From the human T2T-CHM13v2.0 reference genome, Homo sapiens: a DNA stretch of 64,000 nt. The stretch lies in NCBI RefSeq assembly GCF_009914755.1, contig NC_060925.1. One strand, given 5' to 3'. Under the pieces are notes generated by a model, which saw only the letters and a list, made by a program, of their open reading frames with translations, ran no database searches and was not told the origin of the DNA. Of the stretch, positions 15,152-30,354 are shown in pieces. Position 1 is the first letter of the stretch, and every line of letters starts with the position of its first letter. Both the position numbers and the translations under genes were made by a program.

Positions 15152-15270
15152 TATATATATATGGCACATAATTATATATAACATATATAATTATATATAA
15201 AATGTATATATGGTATATAATATGTATATATAATTGTATATGTTATATATATTATTATTATATATATATT
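15152..15270. repeat. (TA)n-rich low-complexity tract
   Basis: Degenerate tatata/tataat run seen directly. Confidence 0.85.
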
Positions 15271-16404
15271 AGTGTTTACCATATGCTGGGAATTATTATA
15301 GGCACTCAAAATGTGACAAAGAACACAAAGTTCCTGACCTCACGATTGCTTATAATCCCATGAGGATAGAAATATTATAAACTTATCCCAGTATCATTTC
15401 TTCCTGAGCCCTGACACAGCCACATGATCCTTCTTAACCTTTGCAGTAGATGTTCACTACCAATCAATAAGACTAGGCAGGTAGAATGAAATCTGTCATT
15501 CCTGATCTAGTGCAATCTATTGTGATAGAAAAATAATTCACCCACAAAATAAAATCTGTACAACATTTTATTGAAACCCCTAAATTTAAATATTTCACCA
15601 TAATAAATGTTATCAATGTATAGGCCAATAACTGTTTAACCTGCATCTTACCTCAACACTGAGTCTTTTCCAACTGCCAATCACAGCTATCATAATGATG
15701 TGTGATGTGCTTCTCTTTATTGAATTAAAATTCAATTTTAGAAACACAAATTAAAAGGCTTATTTAATGGAGGATATTTTATGAATTTAAAAAATCAAAT
15801 GTAATACCAAAAGCATTAGTTTGTACAGTTTCTTTATGATCTCTCTCCTCTCTATATAAATATACCTCAAGAAAATTATCTATAGTTAAGTTTTGTTTAA
15901 CTCACCATGTCATAAGTTAATAAGGTTACAATTATGTTGGATATATTATTGTCAATGACTGCTTGGTTTAAATAAGTTTTTTTTTCCAGCTATGAGGGTG
16001 GGGTCAGCATCAGAATGAATAAAGCTATGTACGGCCAAATTAATGACCTATAGAATCATCTAAATGAAAAAATGACAATAATCACTTTCTTTATTTTATC
16101 TTAGTCTGAACTTTCCACCAGGACTCTAGTTTTTATTATTTAATAAGATTTAAAAAGTGAAAATTCAGTTTTGGATAAGTGTAATATCTTGATTTTTGGA
16201 ATTAATCAATTTCGTCACATTACATTAAAAGGTCCGATCTTCTTTGCCTGTGTAAACCTTTTTGAACTTCTAAACATCAGATGAAGTGCCACTTTATCCT
16301 CAACATCACTTAATGTTTGTACTGATAATAGTACAGTTATCATTACATTAAAAAGTTATCATTACATTAAATGTCAGCACTTAATGTTTGTAATGATAAT
16401 AGTA

Positions 16405-16723
16405 CAGTTGTCCCTTGGCATCCATGGAGGATTGGATTGAGGACCCTTGGCAATAACAAAATCTGTGAATGCTCAAGTCCCTTATATAAAATGTTGTAGT
16501 ATATGCATATAACCAATGCATAGCCTACCATATACTTTTAATCATCTCTAGATTATTTATAATATCTAATAAAATGTGCATGTTCTTTAAATAGTTGTTA
16601 TACTATATGTTTTATTTGTATTATTATAATTTATGTTTTGTTATTTTTTATTTTTTGAATATTTTTTATCTGGGGTTTATTGACTCCACGAATGCAGAAA
16701 CCACAAAGTCAGAGAGCCAACTG
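16405..16723 (+). mobile_element. MER2-type Tigger DNA transposon
   Basis: TA|cagttgtccctt...agagagccaactg|TA: TIRs plus TA duplication (16403-16404, 16724-16725); MER2 core 'gaatgctcaagtcccttatataaaatg'. Confidence 0.85.
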
Positions 16724-17806
16724 TATGTTTAAACATGCTAATTTGAAACATTGTATTGTAACTTTCTTGTGTGGCCTTTAAAATTGTCACAGATTTTGTC
16801 TTATTCCACAATAAGATTGACATTAATATGCAAATAAGACCAAAGAATGAATATCAGATTGTCAATGTATCTATTTACTGTATACACACATGTGCAGGCA
16901 TGTGTGCACATATACATTTCTGTTAGAGATCTAACAATAAGTTGATATCTGATAAAGACATAGCTTTTTAATAACTTGGCATATATACGCAAATGATTTA
17001 TATTTCTAAATGATGAGATATTTCCTTTAAAATTAATGCATTATTTGTTATGCATTAATTGTGATTCAATGAATGAAATGAACTTTAATCGTATGAAGCA
17101 ATATTTTTAAGATAATTTCTAAATACAATTTGGGGTCTGAAAGATCTCACAGTTTGAAATATTGATGATAGACCCAAATATCATTTTCAGTGTAAAATTG
17201 ATTTGTCCTGAATTGGGAAATGTTAAATCTATGTTCTATAACCTAACTACTACCAAGAGCTGCATGACTCTAGAAAAGTCATTGAGAGGTGGCAAATTTT
17301 AGTTTACCTATCTGTAAAATAAAGAATAGCATATTTCTATGGGCCCTGTGAAATTAAAGATATCAATGATTCTATGTCGATACAAGTATGTCCACTCACT
17401 GGTGACATGTCAAAGAATGCCAAAATCTACAACAATGTGAGAGTGAAAAAATAATGTTCATAAAATTATAAACAAGAAATTTCACATAGCATAACTACAG
17501 ATAAGAAGAATAAAAAATATGTAAAGCTCTTTTATATGTTTGCCCTTGATAGAGTTTATTACAATTATTATAAATTGCACAAAATTATTTGTTGAAATAA
17601 AGCATATTAATTACTTATATATTCAAAAGTTAAACATTGATAAACATCTTGCTATGTGTATGGAACTCTATTGACTTTTTTGTCCAACTTTCTGAAGGCA
17701 AAATACGTTGAAATAAACAAGGAGGAAATAAAAGTGATTCTACTTAAACTTCAGATTATCATAAACATGAATATATAACTAGATGTGCCCTATGGTTATT
17801 TGGTCA

Positions 17807-18267
17807 TGTAAGAAAACATTTTAAATGGTCCATTTTCAAAGCATGATAAATCTAAGTACCGGCAGCCACCCGGCAAACGTAACAAACTGCATTGCTCATG
17901 CACCCAGAAGGTCACGAAAAGGGAACAGAATGTAGAGGAGGGGTCAGCCCATAAAAGGGAAGAAAGTTTCACTATCAGGAAATTGAAACATAAGCAAGAA
18001 AGGGGACCTGGGTATAACCTTATAAGGGGGATAATGAAACTTAGGCAACGTCCAGGAAGATTGCAACCCCATAGTACTCGACCAATGAGGAACTGGGGAA
18101 GGGACTTGCATGCTAGGAGATAAATTACCTGGTGTAACTGCCCCAGGTGTGCCTGCCTACTAGACACCTGATCTTGCAAGATCGCCATTAAAAGTCTCAC
18201 TTCCGCTGTTTTTCATGTCTCTCAGTCCATTCTTTGGATTTGGATGGGTGAATATGTGTTTCTCACA
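17807..18267 (+). repeat. 5' LTR of provirus (461 bp)
   Basis: TGTAAG...CTCACA; direct repeat of 26150-26606; CCAAT box 'accaatgagg'; ATTAAA poly(A) signal near 18187. Confidence 0.95.
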
Positions 18268-18271
18268 AATC

Positions 18272-18289
18272 TGGGGTTTTGTCCAGGAT
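18272..18289 (+). promoter_or_regulatory. Primer binding site, tRNA-Pro-like
   Basis: TGGGGTTTTGTCCAGGAT, 4 nt after the LTR; 14/18 match to PBS-Pro TGGGGGCTCGTCCGGGAT, two mismatches at CpG positions. Confidence 0.75.
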
Positions 18290-18729
18290 CTCTGTGCCTT
18301 CATGGAGTGGGACTCTCGCAGAGAGGGGAGATGCGTCCCACCTGATTTAAGTGGCCCACTCTGTCTGGGCTTACTGGCTCCCTGTAGAGGCTATAGACAA
18401 ACCTGAAACTGTTATTCAGGAGGCAGCAGAGGCAACAGAAGGAGAAAAGCAGGCACCATGGCAACCAGGCAACCTCGTGCATGAGCTGAAGTAAGAAAAT
18501 TGGACTATAAGTTCAACCTTGGTGGTTGGGCATGTTCATAGGTCGAGTGTGTGCATGACTGAGATGTATCCTAGATATGAAACAAGTGCAGAGTCCCAAT
18601 CCATGGTTCAGTTCTCCCGCAAGGGAAATGGCCAGAGACAGAGGCAGCGATTCTTGGGGTGTGCAAGAAACCTCTAGTAGGGAGGGTTGAGTACATGAGG
18701 AAAAGCTCAGATACAGAGACTGACAGGAA

Positions 18730-20309
18730 AAAGGAACCAGAAATTCTAGGCCTAGGGAACAATAGAAAGAGGGAGTCAAAGAGACTCTCTCTGACATTCC
18801 CCTGGATAGTCTGTTGGGGAGAATGCTGCAGGTTTGCAGGGACTACTCTCAAACCAGGGACAAGGAAAAGTTAAAGATAATAAAGTATTGCTGTTTTATC
18901 TGGCCTAAAGACCCTACTTGTAACCCTTCGGTCTTTTGGCCTAAGTTTGGCTCAAATGAGGTTTGGGTGTGCCAAGCTTTAATTCTGTATGTGAATAATA
19001 AAATCCCATCCTCATAGGAGGAGATAGGTTACGTTCTCTGCTGGATCAAGGAATTAGCACCCCCATGTTACCCATCAAAGAAGAAGAAGAAGAGCCTAGT
19101 AAAAAGCCCTCACCCAGCGAAAAGCCCTGAGACCCCCTACAATGCTTGCCCCCTCCATACATCTCACAAAATAGGGGACAGGAAGATCAAGGGGCAACAA
19201 GAGGGTTAGAGGAAGAAATACCTGGAGACCATGGGGGAGCTGAACCAACTGCTTCTTTAAATTCTCGTCCAAATTTAAGAAAAGAATTAGAACAGTGTAA
19301 GAGGGATGTTGAGAACTTCCCTATCCCTTCCACACAGCAGGCATCTAGCATGTTGCCCCTTAGGGAAGTTCCCATAGACAGGGAGAGATTGGCTTTGTAA
19401 GTGCTCCTCTTACAAGTACTGGAATAAGGAATTTCATAAAGTAAATAAAACCACTCCTAGAAGATCCCCTCAGTTTAGCAGACCATCTGGACCAATTCCT
19501 AGGACCCAGCTTTTACACATGGGCTGAAATGATGTCTGTCATAAATATCCTGTTCACAGGAGAAGAAAATGAAATGATTAGGAAAGCGGCCATAACCATC
19601 TGGGAAAGGCAACACCCTCCGGGCAAGAAGTCTCGCCAGCTGAACAAAAATTTCCAAATATTGATCCTGAATGGGATAATAGTGATCCCAGGGATCAGGC
19701 CCAAATGTGGGATCTTGAGGAACTAATAATTAAAGGGAACAAAGAGCTCACTCATAGGACACAAAATGTCTCAGAGGCATTCGAGATTCAACAAGAAAAA
19801 GAGGAAACACCCTCTGCATTCCTGCAGAGGCTCAGAAATTAGATAAAAAAATAAAATAAAATAAAAAAATAAACCTCCAAATTAGATCCAGAGGACCCAG
19901 AAGGGCAAGACCTCTTAAAGGTTAACTTTGTAACTAAGAGCTGACCTAACATTACAAAAAAATTACAAAAAAAGATTGATGGATAAAATGAGAAACTGAT
20001 GGAGGAATTACTGAAGGAAGCTCAGTCGGTCTTTGCAAGGAGAGAGGAAGAAAAGCAGAAACAAAAAGCAAAAATCATAGTTTCTACTGGGGAAAAGGTA
20101 GTCCAAAAAAAGACTAGATCAAGATCCCCCTCACAGGAGACAAAGGAATGACAGATTTCAACACAGAGAAAGAAGAGAAATGCAAGGAAAAACTCCTAAG
20201 ACTATGAGTAAATGTTACAAGTGTAGAAAGCCAGGACGGTTTAAAAGAAAATATCCTGAATGGAAATAAGAAAAAAAAGGCAATCCCCCTCACAACCGTT
20301 GAAGACTAG
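18730..20309 (+). pseudogene. gag: ERV gag remnant (MA-CA-NC), multiple stops/frameshifts
   Basis: MA-like 'DIPLDSLLGRMLQ..KYCCFIWP', PPPY late-domain-like motif (~19149), decayed zinc knuckle CYKCRKPGRFKRKYP (from 20213), terminal GAC-TAG at 20304-20309. Confidence 0.85.
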
Positions 20310-24150
<3,841 letters not shown>

Positions 24151-24153
24151 AAC

Positions 24154-26133
24154 ATGGGCTGGCCCCATTTCTGAAAGTTAATATGGCTAGGATGGGCTAC
24201 TATACGAAAAGCAAAAGTCAAAATGGAAACTGGCAGGGGACTCCTCCCTACCCAATCATGTTGGTAATTAATGTAACCAAATGGTAGCATTCCAAACTAT
24301 AAAATTTAATGCCTTCCAGGTCTTACCCTGTGGGAATTTGGAAAATCAGAGATAGCTCTGGCAGGCAGATAAATATCTTTGCCCTGAACCGAATACAGGT
24401 TACAGTAGGGCATCACCCTGCCGCAGCTGAGATAATGTATGGTGGACTACCCAATTTCAGGGTTGGACAGTAAACACGGGGTGGGTAACTCCAAGCTGGA
24501 GACCCTTAAAGATTAAACTGCATCTGTCCAGGGGCTCCCCGCCAGATAACTGCCAGAATTTAGAATGCAGTCCTATACTTATCACCATGAACAATCCAGC
24601 CATTCTAAACCAAGAACCAAAAGTAGCATCACGGGTATATGGGTGAGGGGCAGACATCACAGGGGAAGACCCCCTAGGGTGATTTGTTCTTAAACTAATT
24701 AAGAACTCAACCTCCCATTTGCCTGGAACTATTCCAACCCCAAACCCTAATACTTTAGTCCACCAAATAATAACCATAAAAGGATAAAAATAAGGTAAAA
24801 GTGAACCTTAGAAATTGAGACAGGGTAAGGGGATGTGAATGCCTGGGTCGAATGGATCAAATTTTTGGTACAAGCCCTCAGGAAGAGTAACTGCTATGCA
24901 TGTGCTGTGAGATGACCTCAGCCACAAGTGGTTCCGTTTCCCCTAGGATGAGATACCAATCCTAAAGGAATGCATTGCATATTGGCTCTATACCAGGACA
25001 AGGATGCATGGGGAAATCAGACTTGTAAGAGTCTGTCATTGCTCTTTCCCACATTGCAGAGGTCAGATCCCAGAGTAATCCCTTAGTTCTTTATAGGAAA
25101 TATGAACCACTCCTCTTGCCTCTCTAGGCAGGGGGCAGAGCCCATGGGATAACTCTTGACTTGTACCCACATCCGACATGCCACTGGTGAGTCAGGCAAT
25201 GGCAGTTACTCAGCTCTCCATATACCCTGGGCTTATGTCTGGTGGAATTGTGGGAAAAGGAAACTTCGTAACTTGTTACCATACAATTGGACCAGGACTT
25301 ATGCTTCAGTCCAATTGGCCATTCCCTTCACTCTGGCATTCCATAAAATACCCAAAAATACACATGGCCACTGAAACTGGAGAGATCTAACAAATTCTTT
25401 TGATCCCAATATATATGTTAACTCAATAGGAGTCCCAGGTGGGTGCCTAATAAATTTAAGGCCTGAAACCAAATAGCTGCTGGGTTTAAGTCAGCACTCA
25501 TCTGGTGTTCGACTATTAATGAAAATGTGGATTGAATTAACTACATCTATTATAATCAACAGAGATTCATCAGTTATACTTGGGATGCCCTCAAAGGGGT
25601 GGCTAGCCAGTTAGATGCCACCAGCCAAATGGCTTGGGAAACAGGCTTGTGCTAGACATAATAATAGAAGAAAAAGGGGGCATATGTGTTATGTTGGGTG
25701 GGAAATGTTGCACTTTCATTCTCAACAATACTGCCCCAGATGGGACCATCACAAAAGCTTTACAAGGTCTAACAACTCTAGCCAATGAACTGGCAGAAAA
25801 TGCTGGAATTAATGACCCATTAATGGGTTGGCTAGAAGGTTGGTTTGGAAAATAAAAAGGAATGGTGGCTTCAATCCTTATATCTCTCATAATTGTGGCA
25901 TGAGTCTTAACAGCAGTGGGATGTTGTATTATCCCTTGTGTAAGGGGACTAGCACAGAGATTAATTAAAACAGCTATTAATAAACAAATGCCCATAACTT
26001 ACCAGCAAAATAACCTGATACTATTAAAAACCAAATTAAACTCACTGTCCTATAAGGAAAAAAGCAAACAACTTCTAGAGTGATTCAAGAATCAAAAGGT
26101 TTAGATGAAAATGAGACCAAAGAAAGTAAATAG
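24154..26133 (+). pseudogene. env: ERV env remnant, EnvP(b)/HERV-IP type
   Basis: ATG at 24154 with signal-peptide-like start; SU CYAC (24892-24903); decayed furin site (25372-25383); TM 'INYIYYNQQRF...QLDATSQMAW', CX6CC CVMLGGKCC (25685-25711) and a hydrophobic anchor; many stops. Confidence 0.9.
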
Positions 26134-26147
26134 AAAAGAGGAGGGAA
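26132..26147 (+). promoter_or_regulatory. Polypurine tract
   Basis: AGAAAAGAGGAGGGAA, 2 nt before the 3' LTR. Confidence 0.9.
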
Positions 26148-26149
26148 TT

Positions 26150-26606
26150 TGAAAGAAACCATTTTAAATGGTTCATTTTCAAAGCATGATAAATCTAAGT
26201 AATGCCAGCCGGCCTACAAATGTAACAAACCACATGGCTCATGCAGCTTGAAGGTCACGATAAGCGAACAGAATGTAGAGGAGGGGTCAGCCCATAAAAG
26301 GGAAAAGTTTCATTATTGGGAAATTGAAACTTAAGCAGAGAAGGGGATGGGGTATAACCTTATGGGGGGATAATGAAACTTAGGTGACATCCAGGAAGAT
26401 TGTAACCACATAGAACTCAACCAATGAGGAACTAGGGGAGGGACTTGCGTTCTAGGAGATAAATTACCTGCTGTATCTGCTCCAGGTGTGCCTGCCTATC
26501 AGACACCTGGTCTTGCAAGACTGCTATTAAAAGTCTCACTTCCGCTATACTTTGTGTCTCCAGGTCCATTCTTTGGGTTTGGGTGGGTGAATGTGTGTTT
26601 CTCACA
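26150..26606 (+). repeat. 3' LTR of provirus (457 bp)
   Basis: TGAAAG...CTCACA; about 87% identical to the 5' LTR by manual count; followed by TSD GTCA. Confidence 0.95.
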
Positions 26607-28328
26607 GTCAGAGAACAAATATTTTGAAAAAGGAAGCAACACTCAGACTGGAAGGTTGGTACATTGAGTGTACTCATAGTTTTCTCAGGTTGTGAAATGT
26701 CTCTCAAGGCATGATTTAGTTAGTAAAACTCTTGAGGCCTGAAACAATATCAAAATGTTCTAAGTCTAGGGCAGACTTCCACAGGGTTACCTTGATAATT
26801 TTGCAGATGCAGGCTACAAGGAACTTTTAGAGGGTGCCTTGGAGAAGAGATGGTAAGACAGAGCATTTTGACTGCTTTTCAGCTATTTTAACCGCAGTTG
26901 ACACCAGCATTCAGCATAATATGCTCTGCAAACTGGATGTTCACTAGTAAGAAAGGAAAGGCAGTATTCCTTGCTGAAGTAAGTTTTGAGAATCCTGAAT
27001 TAAACATGTTATGATGCTTTTAATTGCAGAAGTTCTCAGTATCTCTAATATTAGTTTCTCATGTATAAATTGAGTTTTTAAGACAGTGATAGAGTATGCA
27101 GGGTCTCCAAATCTAGTTGACCAACAGAACCATTTTCTTTCAAAATATGTTACAAGACCAGCATTTGCTATGAAGTATATACATTCCCTTCTGTCTTCTA
27201 AAGCCTTTGTTTCACTATTACAAATAATATATACTGCATTCAATTGTGCATCAGAGGCTCAACTGAACATAGTGGAAAGAGTCTAGGCTTCTAAGAGCCC
27301 AGAGACTTCCCTAGAAGTTCCACAGAATTGAAGCATTATTTTTACTTATTGATTCTATGTAGATCAATGTCAGGATGTTGTGAAATGAATCATCTGATAG
27401 GAACTGCTTTTATGGTTGTGTTGAGATAAGCTGAATCAAAGAGCAATATGTTCTTTTGTTAATGTTCTTAGTGTCACAAAGTATCAGCAGCTGTATTTGC
27501 ACTGAAAAGATTAGTTAAAGACACACAAAGTCAATATTAAATATAACTGATCTGAATAACTATGTATTGAGAAAACATAATGAGGCCCATCTTTCTTTAT
27601 GTTCAAACTTAAATTGGCCAAATTCTACATCAGAATTTTAGAATTAAAGTCAAAGAATATGTCCAATTTAGGTTCATATTATAGAGCCTATAGTAGAATT
27701 ATATTCTGAAAACTTAGGCAGATTTGTTAGAAACGTGTAAACAGTTAGATATACTGAAATTTTAGATGCAAGTAAATGATACGATGCATGAGAAACTCCA
27801 GAATATCTTGTTTAATTAAAGTACTATGAATAGTCTTTATTCTCAAATAAAACCAATATTATCCTCTCAACATACACAACTTTCTTTCTTTCTGTAGAAT
27901 CAAGTGTTATGTTTTTAAAATAACTATCAATTACATTCAAATGGATCTTTTCTGATATGAAATGTTCTCTATTGGGAATATCAAATGTAAAAACAGTTCA
28001 CCCCTACAGTTTACTTAAAAGTATATAAATTAAAAAAAAAATAACATAATGCTTTACTAAACAAAAGTGAAAATGGAAGCAGATTATCTTGTGATAACAG
28101 GACTGTACTCAAGGAAAAAGAATCTGTACTCTTTCTTGTTCTGTATTTCCAACTTTTTAAATGTTATGATATCTAGTTTGAGTACAGTGTATGTATTACA
28201 TTCAATTGTGCACCACAGGCTCAACTAAAGGCAAAATTTGCACAGCATCTGTTGACAGGAAAACTATGTATAACATTCCTAACTTAAGTAGCACTTAGAA
28301 AAAAAAGCATAAATACTAATCGATTTTT

Positions 28329-28618
28329 TTTTTTTTTTTGAGAGTGAGTCTTGCTCTGTTGCCCAGGCTGGAGTGGAGCACTGAGATCTCGGCTCACTAC
28401 AACCTGTGCCTCCCAGGTTCAAGCAGTTCTCTGCCTCAACCTCCCGAGTAGCTGGGATTGCAGGTGCCCACCACCACGCCTGGCTACGTTTTGCATTTTT
28501 AGTAGAGACAGGGTTCCACTCTCTTGGTCAGGTTGATCTTGAACTCCTGACCTTGTGATCCACCCGCCTTGGCCTCCCAAAGTGCTGGGATTACAGGCGT
28601 GAGCCACCACGCCTGGCC
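28329..28618 (-). mobile_element. AluS (Sg-like) SINE
   Basis: Poly-T then reverse-complement Alu ending 'gcctggcc'; diverged TSD atactaatcgattttt (28313) / atactatccgaatttt (28619). Confidence 0.93.
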
Positions 28619-29364
28619 ATACTATCCGAATTTTTAAAATGTGTAAATAAAATAAGCTATAGGAATAAGATACAGTGGAAAGTAATATATTTACATTAAT
28701 TATCAAGAAACTAACAGTTTTACTATACATATAACATCGACAAAAAATACCTCATAATTATAGTACACTAGTCAATAGGGCAGATTAAAGAATTTCTCCT
28801 GATGGAATAGTTTATGGATACAATTATATATACAATTCAGAGAGGGTGGATTTAGATGAATCTTACAGAAATCAATTTTATTACCTTATAATTATACTAC
28901 ATATAATTCAAAAACTTAAATGTGAGGTTTTTTGTTGTTAACTAAGCATATTTAGTTCACTAGTTTGCTGAATATATTTTTCTACCTGTTTTCTGTTTGA
29001 GGAATACAGAAATCTACCCCTACCTCCACCTCTCAAAAAAGTGAGTTATGAGGAAAAGCACACAGGGTGGTTTTCATCTTGGAGAATCTGCCATTATTTA
29101 GGGTCTGGGTCTCAGTTTTGTGGGACCAGAAACCTATTTTTTCTATGTTTTTGAGTTGATAAAATTGGATAAGGGACTCTTGCTGCATAAATTCTGAACA
29201 GGCTAAGGAATACATGCCATTTCCTAAACGTATAACAAAAACTCTGGTGGATCAACATCTTTCTCCTGAAGGCAAGCCAATATTAAATCTGATGTCTATG
29301 TTTATGAAGTACATAGAATTTGTAGACATTTTCTTAAAATATCTCAAAGTCCTATTAGGTATAT

Positions 29365-29436
29365 GTTTTCATCCTGATTTTATAGGAGAAACTGAGATTC
29401 ACGGAAGTTAGGTAGCCTCCTTAAGATCACACAGCA
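29365..29436 (-). mobile_element. MIR fragment split by the L1 (continues at about 35514-35560)
   Basis: 'cctgattttataggagaaactgagattcacggaagttaggtagcctccttaagatcacacagc' is MIR core in reverse; it continues 'aagtgaatcacaaagtc' after the L1. Confidence 0.65.
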
Positions 29437-30354
29437 GAGGAGGAGCCAAGATGGCCGAATAGGAACAGCTCCGGTGAACAGCTCCGGTCTACAGCTCCCA
29501 GCGTGAGCAACGCAGAAGACGGGTGATTTCTGCATTTCCATCTGAGGTACCGGGTTCATCTCACTAGGGAGTGCCAGACAGTGTGCGCAGGCCAGTGTGT
29601 GTGCGCACCGTGCGCGAGCCGAAGCAGGGCGAGGCATTGCCTCACCTGGGAAGCGCAAGGGGTCAGGGAGTTCCCTTTCCGAGTCAAAGAAAGGGGTGAC
29701 GGACGCACCTGGAAAATCGGGTCACTCCCACCCGAATATTGCGCTTTTCAGACCGGCTTAAGAAACGGCGCACCACGAGACTATATCCCACACCTGGCTC
29801 AGAGGGTCCTACGCCCACGGAATCGCGCTGATTGCTAGCACAGCAGTCTGAGATCAAACTGCAAGGCGGCAACGAGGCTGGGGAAGGGGCGCCCGCCATT
29901 GCCCAGGCTTGCTTAGGTAAACAAAGCAGCCGGGAAGCTCGAACTGGGTGGAGCCCACCACAGCTCAAGGAGGCCTGCCTGCCTCTGTAGGCTCCACCTC
30001 TGGGGGCAGGGCACAGACAAACAAAAAGACAGCAGTAACCTCTGCAGACTTAAGTGTCCCTGTCTGACAGCTTTGAAGAGAGCAGTGGTTCTCCCAGCAC
30101 GCAGCTGGAGATCTGAGAACGGGCAGACTGCCTCCTCAAGTGGGTCCCTGACCCCTGACCCCCGGGCAGCCTAACTGGGAGGCACCCCCCAGCAGGGGCA
30201 CACTGACACCTCACACAGCAGGGTATTCCAACAGACCTGCAGCTGAGGGTCCTGTCTGTTAGAAGGAAAACTAACAACCAGAAAGGACATCTACACCGAA
30301 AACCCATCTGTACATCACCATCATCAAAGACCAAAAGTAGATAAAACCACAAAG
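29437..30354. promoter_or_regulatory. L1 5'UTR: CpG-rich internal sense promoter (intact YY1 site) and antisense promoter
   Basis: YY1 motif AAGATGGCC at 29448-29456; dense CpGs; 918-bp length fits the L1HS UTR plus a 13-bp duplication. Confidence 0.9.
29684..29899 (-). CDS. ORF0: L1 ORF0 (71 aa, antisense), open
   Basis: MAGAPSPASLPPCSLISDCCASNQRDSVGVGPSEPGVGY...RCVRHPFL; ATG corresponds to CAT at 29897-29899. Confidence 0.88.
   Translation of the reverse strand: MAGAPSPASLPPCSLISDCCASNQRDSVGVGPSEPGVGYSLVVRRFLSRSEKRNIRVGVTRFSRCVRHPFL

Noticed and set aside
17031-17060. Perfect 11-bp inverted repeat AATTAATGCAT-N8-ATGCATTAATT (POU-like motifs)
   Set aside because: Almost all A/T; a rough estimate puts one such hairpin near chance level in 64 kb of AT-rich DNA.
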